From the IMG/VR virus record IMGVR_UViG_2923292180_000002: a DNA stretch of 30,131 nucleotides; one strand, given 5' to 3'. The notes beneath the pieces are model-generated. The model had not been told where the DNA came from, did not search any database, and saw only the letters and a program-made list of their open reading frames with translations. The DNA is from a virus. Lineage: Duplodnaviria > Heunggongvirae > Uroviricota > Caudoviricetes. The stretch's first letter is position 1, and every line of letters starts with the position of its first letter. A program made the translations under genes and the position numbers. Below are positions 1 through 8,264 of this stretch, piece after piece.

Positions 1-219
1 TTACATCCACATAATTTGCTGCCCTGACGGCAACGGGTGCGGCCTCACGGCGTGGACTTCTCCCGGCTTCACGATGTATCTCTGTACCGACTCATAAGTG
101 ATGAACGTGGCGCTGCAATTCACGTTCTGGCACTGGTGATAACGCTCTTTTGTCGTGTCAGTGATATAGCGACTTGTACGCGCATGTGCGGCATGCTGGC
201 ATAAAGGACAATGAAACAT
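1..219 (-). CDS. ogr: Late gene transcriptional activator Ogr (zinc finger)
   Basis: ORF 1..282 ends in the recognisable Ogr sequence MFHCPLCQHAAHARTSRYITDTTKERYHQCQNVNCSATF with a C-x2-C...C-x4-C zinc finger. Start placed at the internal ATG (rc of 217..219) to give the 72-aa P2-length product; the ORF track extends to 282. Confidence 0.88.
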   Translation of the reverse strand: MFHCPLCQHAAHARTSRYITDTTKERYHQCQNVNCSATFITYESVQRYIVKPGEVHAVRPHPLPSGQQIMWM

Positions 220-300
220 CGCGAGCACCTCTTCCGGTTTTGTTGATGGTGCCATTTTAGTTAATTTATCCTTATAAAACAAACAGATAAAATAAAAACA

Positions 301-1464
301 TCACTCATCATCTTCTGTTTCGTACTCCACATCAGAAAGCCTGACCTCAAGCTCTAAGGACGTCGTGAAGCCGCTATTATTCAGAAAATGTGTCACCTTA
401 GTGATTGTCCAGTCCTGCTCGTCTATGACGCGCTTAAAGCCTGACACTTTGACCGGCGTTTCCGTATAAATATCTGCCCGACCAGTAGCCAGACTGATGG
501 AGAACTCCGCAACACCCCGTTGCAGCTTATCCCACTTCGCCTGAGCGGCGCGCATGGCCTGCGCTTTCGTGGCATATACCGTGGTCAGGGCAAAAACGTT
601 GTCAGCCTCACCTGCCATGTATTCACCTTCGCGCGCTTCCGGTACTTTTGGCGCTTTCTTCTGCGTGACTGGTTTCGCTTTCGGGTGCTCCAGTGCGCGC
701 AGGTGTTTCTCTTTCTTTTTGCGTTTCAGTTTTACCTTCTGCTTTTGTGGCTTCGGGTCTTTGGTGTGTAACCACTTTGCCGTTACGCCGGTATAGGCTC
801 CACGGTCAGCAATCGCAAAATGATGGCGGTCGCCGTCGCTGCGGGTGATGGTAATCTGCGGGATTTTTTTACCGCTGGCCGTCACCCCCTGCCCCGCTTT
901 GAGAAACAACAGTTTTCCCATTTTTACCGACACCTCACCGCCGTTGCGTTCTGCAAGACGGGTCAGGAATTTCGCATCAGACTCCTGCGACTGGTCGATG
1001 TGCGGGATTTTAATTCCTGCCAGTGACGGCGCGACACTGGCTTCCAGCTTATTACGGGAGGCTATCGCCTCAACAATCGCACCGAGCGTGGTGTCATGCC
1101 ATGAGCCTTCACGGCGGGAATTGAGCGTCCCGCGAAAATCTGCACTCCGGGCGCGGATGGTGACCACATCCGGTGCGCCCCGGTGTTCAACCTCATCAAC
1201 GGTAAATTTCCCTTTGCATACCAGGGCAAAACCTTTCCAGCCGATATACACCGTCAGGACAGCGCCACGAACCGGCAGCCCGACCTGCCCGTCGGCATCG
1301 TTCAGTTCAATATCAAGCTGGTCAGCCTCAAAGCCCCGGTTATCCGTCAGGGTCATGCTCATCAGACGGTCGCTGATATTGCCGGTAATATCCCTGCTGT
1401 CGAGCATCAGCATGTAATCCGGCGTCAGCGTACTGCCTGCATCAAATGTCAGTGCATCCAGCAT
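301..1464 (-). CDS. D: Tail protein D (late control gene D)
   Basis: 387-aa ORF, same length and position (between ogr and U) as P2 gpD; lysine-rich linker KQKVKLKRKKKEK. Confidence 0.88.
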   Translation of the reverse strand: MLDALTFDAGSTLTPDYMLMLDSRDITGNISDRLMSMTLTDNRGFEADQLDIELNDADGQVGLPVRGAVLTVYIGWKGFALVCKGKFTVDEVEHRGAPDVVTIRARSADFRGTLNSRREGSWHDTTLGAIVEAIASRNKLEASVAPSLAGIKIPHIDQSQESDAKFLTRLAERNGGEVSVKMGKLLFLKAGQGVTASGKKIPQITITRSDGDRHHFAIADRGAYTGVTAKWLHTKDPKPQKQKVKLKRKKKEKHLRALEHPKAKPVTQKKAPKVPEAREGEYMAGEADNVFALTTVYATKAQAMRAAQAKWDKLQRGVAEFSISLATGRADIYTETPVKVSGFKRVIDEQDWTITKVTHFLNNSGFTTSLELEVRLSDVEYETEDDE

Positions 1465-1943
1465 TATCCCGCCCCCGTCATACCCGTGAATCTGGTCGCC
1501 ATACTGCCAGCTTTACCGATGAGCGATTCCGCCTGTTTGCCGATATCGCCATAAAGCGCGGCCAGTGATTCATCCACGCGGGTGAGCGACAGCGTAAAAT
1601 CAATTTTCCGGGGTGTGCCGTCTGCAAAGAAAATACTCCCTGTTTCACTCACCCTGCTGATGACATACATGCCGTAAATCATGCCGGTGCCATCCAGCAA
1701 CGGCCACGCCCGACCTTCCTCTGCCATCAGCCTGAGCGTGGTCATCGTCAGCTTTCCGCCGGTCAGCTCGGGATAAAGCACACCGGCAAGCGTGATGTTT
1801 TCCTCGCCAACACCGAGAAACTGAAAGGCATCCCGTTTACCGATACAGGAATTTGACGGCCAGCGATAATCTGATTCACGCTGCATGGTCTGGTGTGGCA
1901 GCGTCTGGCGCATAAAAACAAACATACCTAACGCGAGCATCAT
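1464..1943 (-). CDS. U: Tail protein U
   Basis: 159-aa ORF between T and D; start/stop overlaps D; P2 gpU-like size and synteny. Confidence 0.85.
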   Translation of the reverse strand: MMLALGMFVFMRQTLPHQTMQRESDYRWPSNSCIGKRDAFQFLGVGEENITLAGVLYPELTGGKLTMTTLRLMAEEGRAWPLLDGTGMIYGMYVISRVSETGSIFFADGTPRKIDFTLSLTRVDESLAALYGDIGKQAESLIGKAGSMATRFTGMTGAG

Positions 1944-1957
1944 TTTTCGTCACCTCC

Positions 1958-4405
1958 TTAACCGTCATGCATCATGCTGGCACGGGCGCGCGCACGTTTA
2001 TCCCGCTCGTATTTTTCGAGCGCATCCTGTAACTGGCGGTCAAGCTGTGTCCCCGGCGCAGTACCACCCGTCAGGCTGATGTGATATTCGTTTTTACTCT
2101 GGTCCACATAAGAGCGGCCAGCCGGTGCCGTGACCGGCTGATAAGCCTGATAGCCTGCATAAGAGCTGGTCGCCGGAATATAACCACCGCTGCCATACGT
2201 GGCGGCTTGAGTTCTGGCGGCGGTCTGGTCAAGTGTGTCTGACTCTTTGTTGATAACACCGAGTTTTTCCAGTACCCAGTCAATACCGCTGCGCAGTTTG
2301 TTGAACGCATTAAGCGGCAGCATCAGCGCGTCAGCCAGTGCCTGCCCGAACATGACCCCCGTGTCACGGCAACGGTTCAGGGTATCCTGAGTGGCTTTGA
2401 CCGGGGCAATCAGGTTTTTAAACCACTGCCACGCGGCCTGTAACTTTTCACCCAGCCAGTCAAACACCGGCTTAAGTGGCGTGAACAGTTCCCCCACCGG
2501 CGCAAATGCCACTTTCAGCCCTTCAACCACACCGCCAAAGAATGCGCTGACAGGCTCCCAGTATTTACGGATAAGCAACGCCCCGGCGACAATTGCGGCC
2601 ACCACGACCACAACCGGCCAGCTAATAGCCCCGATGGCGGTCATAACAGCACTGCCAACCGTCGTGAAGACTGCCCCCATTGCGCCTGCTGCCGCGATGA
2701 TGGCATTGATGCCGGTGATAACCGGCCAGGCTACGAGGCCAATGGCACCGATGATGCCAGTAAGCGCCAGCGCGCCACCGGCAATGATGCCGATGGTTGA
2801 CGCCAGTGATTTGTTTTTCTGGATCCAGCCGTCGAGTTTTAACACATACTTTGTGGCCGTCTGCGTGAGCTTACGCAGCGCGCCTTCCTGCTGGTCAAAC
2901 AGGTCAGTCCCCACCGCCTCATAAGCGGACTGAAACTCCTTAAAGTCACCGCCCAGGTTGTCCTGCATGATATTTACCAGCTCGGCGGTCTTCCCGTCCG
3001 AGGCTTTAAACGCAGCGGTCAGTTTGTCCAGCTTTCCGGTTGAGGCGGCAGTCATCAGCACGGCGGCGGCTGAGCTGGCCTCCTCCCCGAAAATGGTTTT
3101 CATGTATTCAGCCTGCTGGGCAGTACCGAGCCGGTTTTTCTCAAAACTGGCCTGCATTTCTTTCAGAATGGTAAATACTGGCCGGGTGTTTCCCTTGCTG
3201 TCTGAGGTTTTCACACCAAGCTCTTTCAGTGCATCCCATGCTTTTCCCGTCGGTGCCTGCAGACGGCTTAACACGGCACGGCTTCCCGTCCCCGCCATTG
3301 AACCGGTAATTTTTGCATCATGCAGCGCCCCGACCATTGCGGCGGTTTCTTCAATGCTGACACCGGCATTTTTTGCCACAGGTGCGGCATAGGTCAGCGC
3401 ATCGCTCATACCGTCAAAATCGGCGGCGGTTTTGTTCATCGTCATGGAGAGAACATCCCCGATATGAGCGACCTTATCGTTTGAAAGCTGAAAGGCGGAT
3501 TTCATCCCCATCAGCAGGGCGGCGTTTTCTTCCATCGTGCGGCGGTTCGCCAGCGCCATATTCAGCGTGACCGGCGTTGCCGCCTGAATGGCATCAACAT
3601 CCCCACCCGCTTTCGCGATGATTATCTGTGCACCGGCCGCATCATCCGCCGAGGCGGCGGTATTGTCACCGAGCTGGCGCGCCTGTTTGCGTAGTGCGGT
3701 CATTTCGGCGGAGTCTTTTGCCACTCCGAGCACGGCCTGCAATTCTGAGTTTTTCTGCGCAAACTCATAACCGGGCATCAGCAACTTAACTCCGGCCATC
3801 GTTCCCGCCGCCGCAATCCCCACACCGGCAGCGCCCACTGAGGCCATATTTCCGGCCAGTTCCTTTCCGGCCTGATAACGCTGTTTTACTGCGTTAAGTT
3901 TTGCCTGTTGTGCACTGACACGCGCCAGTGCGTCACGCTGACGGTTAAGCTGTGCGGTGGTTTCACTGATACGGTTTTTCAGTCCCTGCTCATCATGTGC
4001 AAGATTGCGGGTATTAATTCCCACAGCGGCCAGTTCCCGCTGCTGGCGTTTAACGGAATCCGTCAGGCGGTTATATTTCGCCTGTAAGTCCTCCGCCGCA
4101 CGCTTTGCGGATTCCAGCACTTTCGCCTGAGCACGTGTCGGACGTTCGGTATTTTTAAACTGTGTGGCAAGGGCTTCGGCCTCCTGCCGAGCCTTTTCAA
4201 GTGCATGACCAGTCACGGCAAGCTGTGCACTGGTCTTGCGGAATCCCTCAATACGGGATGCCTGACCGTTCAGCTCGCGCAGTGATTTTTGTGTTTCCCG
4301 GATATCCCCCGACAGCGATTTGCTCGCTGTGCGGATGGATTTAAACGGGCGGGATGCCTGGTCAACAGCCCTGAGCAATACCTGTAATTTTACATTGTTA
4401 CTCAT
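1958..4405 (-). CDS. T: Tail tape measure protein T
   Basis: 815-aa ORF with a coiled-coil N-terminus, Ala/Gly-rich hydrophobic central segments and C-terminal region, typical of a tape measure; located downstream of E/E'. Confidence 0.9.
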   Translation of the reverse strand: MSNNVKLQVLLRAVDQASRPFKSIRTASKSLSGDIRETQKSLRELNGQASRIEGFRKTSAQLAVTGHALEKARQEAEALATQFKNTERPTRAQAKVLESAKRAAEDLQAKYNRLTDSVKRQQRELAAVGINTRNLAHDEQGLKNRISETTAQLNRQRDALARVSAQQAKLNAVKQRYQAGKELAGNMASVGAAGVGIAAAGTMAGVKLLMPGYEFAQKNSELQAVLGVAKDSAEMTALRKQARQLGDNTAASADDAAGAQIIIAKAGGDVDAIQAATPVTLNMALANRRTMEENAALLMGMKSAFQLSNDKVAHIGDVLSMTMNKTAADFDGMSDALTYAAPVAKNAGVSIEETAAMVGALHDAKITGSMAGTGSRAVLSRLQAPTGKAWDALKELGVKTSDSKGNTRPVFTILKEMQASFEKNRLGTAQQAEYMKTIFGEEASSAAAVLMTAASTGKLDKLTAAFKASDGKTAELVNIMQDNLGGDFKEFQSAYEAVGTDLFDQQEGALRKLTQTATKYVLKLDGWIQKNKSLASTIGIIAGGALALTGIIGAIGLVAWPVITGINAIIAAAGAMGAVFTTVGSAVMTAIGAISWPVVVVVAAIVAGALLIRKYWEPVSAFFGGVVEGLKVAFAPVGELFTPLKPVFDWLGEKLQAAWQWFKNLIAPVKATQDTLNRCRDTGVMFGQALADALMLPLNAFNKLRSGIDWVLEKLGVINKESDTLDQTAARTQAATYGSGGYIPATSSYAGYQAYQPVTAPAGRSYVDQSKNEYHISLTGGTAPGTQLDRQLQDALEKYERDKRARARASMMHDG

Positions 4406-4825
4406 TCGTGTTTCCGCTTCGCCGGAGCGCCTTTTCGCGCCATGTGATGAGTTCGGTCAGGCTCATGGGATACAGTTCTGATGGCGGCCAGTGAAATATC
4501 ACTGCCACATCCGCCATCAGGTCATCGACCGACAGATTTTTCGGAAACGTCACTGCACCGAGTTCGGCGACAAAAAACCGACCACCTTACCGGCCAGCGC
4601 CACAAGGTCAGGCAGTTCCAGCGCGGCGACTTCCTGCTCGGTCAGCATCGGTGCCGTCATGCGCGGCAGCACCTTAATCAGTGCATCGACTTCGGAGTTC
4701 GCGACCGCTGCCAGACTGACACCGCGCAGCGTCCCGGCATTGGGTTTCATCAGCGTGACCTGTTCGATAACCTGCTCACCACGTTTGACCGGATTGTCCA
4801 GGGTAATGACATTTTCTTTGTTCAT
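4398..4825 (-). CDS. E+E': Tail assembly chaperone E+E' made by programmed -1 ribosomal frameshift
   Basis: Minus-strand mRNA reads GGT TTT TTG, giving the slippery heptamer T TTT TTG (plus coordinates 4571..4577) inside E. I translated the -1 frame by hand: it stays open (...GFFVAELGAVTFPKNLSVDDLMADVAVIFHWPPSELYPMSLTELITWREKALRRSGNTNE) until TAA at 4398..4400, overlapping the T start. Analogous to lambda G/GT and P2 E/E'. Confidence 0.75.
4550..4825 (-). CDS. E: Tail assembly chaperone E
   Basis: 91-aa ORF ending ...KVVGFLSPNSVQ; directly upstream of T as in P2. Confidence 0.88.
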   Translation of the reverse strand: MNKENVITLDNPVKRGEQVIEQVTLMKPNAGTLRGVSLAAVANSEVDALIKVLPRMTAPMLTEQEVAALELPDLVALAGKVVGFLSPNSVQ

Positions 4826-4881
4826 GGTTTTCTCACTTCTGAATCGGGGTTAACCGGTCAGCCTAGCTGACCGGATGAAAA

Positions 4882-5400
4882 TCACAGGCCGATATTGCGG
4901 CGGTGTTGCTCCAGCCGGTCGACGCCGTTCACCTTCTCAATCATGTTGATGGTGTCAATTTCGACCAGCTCCTTACCGTCCATCGTCAGCCGGAAATAGG
5001 TGCAGACCACGGAGATTTTCGACTCGGTGTCTTCTCCCTGTTTACCCTCGCCGGTGTCGATTTCTTTCTGACGTCCACGCATGACCACTTCAACGGCCAC
5101 CGTTTCGCCGGTATCGTCACGCTGGTAAGAGCCTGCAAAACGAATCGGCACAGCATCCACACCGGTTGCGGCGTAAAGCTCCCAGATAACCGAATCCGGG
5201 AAGCCCCCGAGCGACCACTCCATTGACAGCGCATCGTCATCAAGGCCGAGGTCTACCGGTGCGCTGCCGTTCATCCCCGCACCGCGATAGTTTTCAAGCT
5301 TACGGGTCAGTTTTGGCAGCGTGACGGACTTCGCGACGCCCTGATAGCTGTAGCCGTTCAGAAAGACGTTCATTAACTTGAGTTTGCGCGGCATTGCCAT
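4882..5400 (-). CDS. FII: Tail tube protein FII
   Basis: 172-aa ORF, P2 gpFII size and position after FI. Confidence 0.88.
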   Translation of the reverse strand: MAMPRKLKLMNVFLNGYSYQGVAKSVTLPKLTRKLENYRGAGMNGSAPVDLGLDDDALSMEWSLGGFPDSVIWELYAATGVDAVPIRFAGSYQRDDTGETVAVEVVMRGRQKEIDTGEGKQGEDTESKISVVCTYFRLTMDGKELVEIDTINMIEKVNGVDRLEQHRRNIGL

Positions 5401-5412
5401 CGGTCAGGCTCC

Positions 5413-6603
5413 TTAATTGCTGTTAACCGAGGTGACCAGATTTGCCAGGTATTTATCGGTAATACGCTGGCGCAGGGTCAGGTTTTCAAGAGGAGGCACC
5501 GGTGTATAGTCGTAGTCGATATACAGTTTTCCGGCCTTGAGGGTTTCCGCATCGTTGGATTCTTCGCTGAACCAGCATGAGCCATCCACGATATAGCCGT
5601 TTGTTTTCAGCTCACGGAATTTGGCATTGATGCCGTCAACGATGTCGCGAATCAGCGTTGCGGTGATGGGCTTGTCCACCGCCCACATGTGCGCCTCAGC
5701 TATCGTGTCGGCCAGCACCTGCGCGGTACGGGTGTAGTTTTCAAAGAGGAACAGCGGGTCATCAGAGCAGGTACGGTTACCCCAGAATCGGAAACCGTCG
5801 CGGCGAATCAGCGTAGTGACACCTGACTCGTTAAGCAGGTCAGCATCGGTGCCGGACTCCTGCAAATCCCAGAATACAGATGCGCTGATGCCGGTAACAC
5901 CGTTTACCCCGACGTTGGACAGCGTTTTATGCCAGCCCTGCTCCTGGTCGATTTTAGCGCGCAGACCCAGCGCACGGGCGGTGGCATACGCGGTGGCGGT
6001 GGTACTGGTGACCGTATCCCATGCGAGGAAATCCGGCCAGATGACCATCAGCTCACGCTGGCTGAAATTCTGGCGGTAGGCTTTCACCTCGGAAATGGTC
6101 TTACAGCCCCATGCGCTGATATATCCGAAAGCACGCAGCTTCTGACAGACTGATGCCAGTGCAACAGCCACCTCTTTGGTATCCAGTCCCGGCACGCCGA
6201 GAATACGCGGTTTAACACCGGTTACCGACTCCGCCGCCAGCAGGGCTTTCAGTCCGGTGTACTGACCGTTTTCGTCGGTGGTGCCGATGATATTGGAAAC
6301 GGTCTGCGCGAGTTTCGTTTCCTCGTCGTCGCCGGTGCCGTCTTCCACACGTACGACAACGGTGACCGGTTTTGACTGGTCGGCGATGGCCTGCAACGAT
6401 GCCGCCAGCGTGCCTTTTTTACCGGCCTTTGCAATTGCACTCTGCACATTGGTAATCAGCACCGGTTTATTGAGGGGGAAGGTTTCCGCATCCGCATCGC
6501 TGGCCGTGCAGACCATGCCGACAATGGCAGTGGATACGGTGGAAATGACGCGGGTGCCGTCGTTAATCTCCAGCACCTGCACGCCGTGATGATAGTCACT
6601 CAT
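5413..6603 (-). CDS. FI: Contractile tail sheath protein FI
   Basis: 396-aa ORF, P2 gpFI size; first gene of the FI-FII-E-T-U-D operon. Confidence 0.9.
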   Translation of the reverse strand: MSDYHHGVQVLEINDGTRVISTVSTAIVGMVCTASDADAETFPLNKPVLITNVQSAIAKAGKKGTLAASLQAIADQSKPVTVVVRVEDGTGDDEETKLAQTVSNIIGTTDENGQYTGLKALLAAESVTGVKPRILGVPGLDTKEVAVALASVCQKLRAFGYISAWGCKTISEVKAYRQNFSQRELMVIWPDFLAWDTVTSTTATAYATARALGLRAKIDQEQGWHKTLSNVGVNGVTGISASVFWDLQESGTDADLLNESGVTTLIRRDGFRFWGNRTCSDDPLFLFENYTRTAQVLADTIAEAHMWAVDKPITATLIRDIVDGINAKFRELKTNGYIVDGSCWFSEESNDAETLKAGKLYIDYDYTPVPPLENLTLRQRITDKYLANLVTSVNSN

Positions 6604-6662
6604 CCGTTTAACTCCGTGGTTAATGGGTGAGTGGTATTTTCAGTTGTGCCGGAGATGTCAGG

Positions 6663-6845
6663 CTATTTGTCCCGGTTGGCTAAGGGATGACACAATTTAT
6701 TCTTTGTCGCTGATGAGGGAAATTTTTTATAGAGCGTGGACAGGCCAATATCAAAAATCAGCTCACATCCTGCGCACTCCAGCGCGTTACGCTGCAATTC
6801 CGTATTCTGGTCATTTGTTGACACGCGGACATAGCCAATAAGCAT
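6663..6845 (-). pseudogene. Truncated DNA invertase (Pin/Gin/Hin serine recombinase family), N-terminal remnant only
   Basis: 60-codon ORF begins MLIGYVRVSTNDQNTELQRNALECAGCELIF, the conserved N-terminus of Din-family invertases including the catalytic Ser region (VRVST). After about residue 31 the sequence is unrelated, and only 60 bp separate it from the FI start, so the catalytic and HTH domains are absent. Confidence 0.72.
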
Positions 6846-6902
6846 GATGGATCCCCTGAATAAAAACCGGGGATGATGCCAGTTAGCCGTAATCTCTGCA
6901 TT

Positions 6903-6926
6903 TTCTTAAACGTTGGTTTGGGAGAA
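6903..6926. repeat. Left crossover (gix/hix-like) site of invertible tail fibre segment
   Basis: ttcttaaacgttggtttgggagaa: an imperfect palindrome of the AAACC-NN-GGTTT type, whose core cttctcccaaaccaa recurs in inverted orientation at 8758..8772. Confidence 0.6.
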
Positions 6927-7247
6927 GCGGCAAAACGGAATGTGGGAACAGGGGAAAATCAGATACCTGATATGTCAGCTTATTCATCAGGATCTGGCTG
7001 GCAAAAATTGCCTGATGGTTCAATTGAACAGTGGGGAAGAATTAATTTCCCGAATAACGCCGCGGCGGTATCTACAAATGTGACTTTCACCATTCCTTTT
7101 ACGCAGGAGCCAGACGTAGTGATTGTATATGACGGCGGTTTTGGTGGTGGGAATATGTGGGGCGCAACTAACTGGACGAAAACAGGTTTCGTTGCTCATT
7201 GTAACTATGGCTTTGAAGGTGGAGCCTTCTACGCGAAAGGGCGTTAA
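6903..7247 (+). CDS. Alternative tail fibre C-terminal cassette (H variable part, currently silent orientation)
   Basis: Plus-strand frame reads FLNVGLGEAAKRNVGTGENQIPDMS... to TAA at 7245..7247. It shares the in-frame GLGE junction with H at the crossover site. The ORF-track start at 6873 lies before the crossover site and is probably not a real start. Confidence 0.6.
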   Translation, partial: FLNVGLGEAAKRNVGTGENQIPDMSAYSSGSGWQKLPDGSIEQWGRINFPNNAAAVSTNVTFTIPFTQEPDVVIVYDGGFGGGNMWGATNWTKTGFVAHCNYGFEGGAFYAKGR

Positions 7248-7249
7248 TT

Positions 7250-7690
7250 ATGAAATATTTGTATGTTGATAATCTGGCGTACCCTTATGCCCTCCAGTCT
7301 GTTTACGCTGCAAAAGGCCAATGGCCCGAAGGTAAAGGCGTGGATATAGACGAAGCTATTTTCAGGGAATATTTCCATGATACGCCGCCTGACGGTAAGT
7401 ACAGAATTACCGGAGACGATGGAATGCCAGCATGGGCAGATGTTCCACCGCCAACACGTGAAGAACAAATTGCATCAGCCGAAACTAAAAAGCAGCAATT
7501 GATTAATCAGGCCAACGATTATATGAACAGTAGACAATGGGCTGGTAAAGCGGCTATTGGTCGTCTGAAAGGTGAGGAACTGGCGCAATATAATTTGTGG
7601 CTGGATTATCTGGACGCACTGGAGCTGGTCGATACTTCCAGTGCACCAGATATTGAATGGCCTACTCCTCCGGCAGTTCAGGCCAGATGA
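7250..7690 (+). CDS. Tail fibre assembly protein (alternative chaperone, Tfa family)
   Basis: 146-aa ORF starting 2 nt after the cassette stop. Its C-terminus ...LWLDYLDALELVDTSSAPDIEWPTPP parallels the G C-terminus ...AVLDYIDAVTATDISTAPDVIWPELP. Convergent with G and overlapping its 3' end. Confidence 0.8.
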   Translation: MKYLYVDNLAYPYALQSVYAAKGQWPEGKGVDIDEAIFREYFHDTPPDGKYRITGDDGMPAWADVPPPTREEQIASAETKKQQLINQANDYMNSRQWAGKAAIGRLKGEELAQYNLWLDYLDALELVDTSSAPDIEWPTPPAVQAR

Positions 7691-8264
7691 CATCCGGCGC
7701 GGTGCTGATATCTGTTGCCGTCACCGCGTCAATGTAATCCAGCACAGCGTTAAGCCGGGTTGTTTCTGCCTGCGTCAGTTTCCGCCCGGCCTGTAATTTC
7801 AGTTGAATCAGACTAATGGAAGCCATTGCAGTATCAATCAGTGACTGACGCTGTGCTTCTGCCGCGTCTACTGCGGCGCGATGCTGTGCCTCAGTATCGG
7901 TCACCCATTTCTCACCATCCCATTTATCGTATGGCGTTAATGGGGCGATAGTGGTTGTATTTTCGGGGTAATCACCCGGAGTTGTGATTTCTTTGGTGTC
8001 TCCCGTTTCGGTGTTATAGACGATTTCACCGCGATGGTCTGGCACATATTCCCATGAGTTTAAATCTGCCGAACGGCAGATTGCATAACCAGCCTTATGT
8101 ATACCAGGTTCATCCAGACAGGAATATGCCGGGATACCAACACCAACGGCAAGATATTCATTTGAAGTGGAAATATATTCCCGAGTTTCACCATCATAGC
8201 TATAGACGGTAATATTCCCCGCCTTCGTGGCAATAAGCTCGCTATTTAATACAGCGTTATCCAT
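7662..8264 (-). CDS. G: Tail fibre assembly protein G
   Basis: 200-aa ORF directly downstream of H with a conserved Tfa C-terminal motif. Confidence 0.85.
   Translation of the reverse strand: MDNAVLNSELIATKAGNITVYSYDGETREYISTSNEYLAVGVGIPAYSCLDEPGIHKAGYAICRSADLNSWEYVPDHRGEIVYNTETGDTKEITTPGDYPENTTTIAPLTPYDKWDGEKWVTDTEAQHRAAVDAAEAQRQSLIDTAMASISLIQLKLQAGRKLTQAETTRLNAVLDYIDAVTATDISTAPDVIWPELPEE

Noticed and set aside
220-282. N-terminal extension of the ogr ORF (MFYKDKLTKMAPSTKPEEVLA)
   Set aside because: The recognisable Ogr protein begins at the internal MFHCPLCQ, giving the canonical 72-aa length; the extension would overlap the region expected to hold the ogr promoter.
845-1417. 190-aa plus-strand ORF, with other plus-strand ORFs at 520..771, 554..796 and 1183..1554, antisense to gene D
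   Set aside because: Lies entirely within the well-supported D gene on the opposite strand; low-complexity Ser/Pro/Arg-rich translation typical of shadow ORFs in GC-rich coding DNA.
2391-3392. Plus-strand ORFs (177 aa and 144 aa) antisense to tape measure gene T
   Set aside because: Antisense shadows of an 815-aa gene; translations are Ala/Thr/Pro-rich and have no recognisable features.
6604-6760. Search for a canonical Ogr-dependent late promoter element (TGT-N12-ACA) upstream of FI
   Set aside because: Only TGT...ACA pairs with wrong spacing were found by eye; the promoter is surely in this interval but I cannot place it reliably without an alignment to known P2 late promoters.
6873-6902. 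ORF-track start (MMPVSRNLCIF...) for the alternative tail fibre cassette
   Set aside because: The crossover site lies downstream of this ATG and the cassette is expected to be expressed only as a fusion to the H N-terminus after inversion, so the upstream codons are probably fortuitous.
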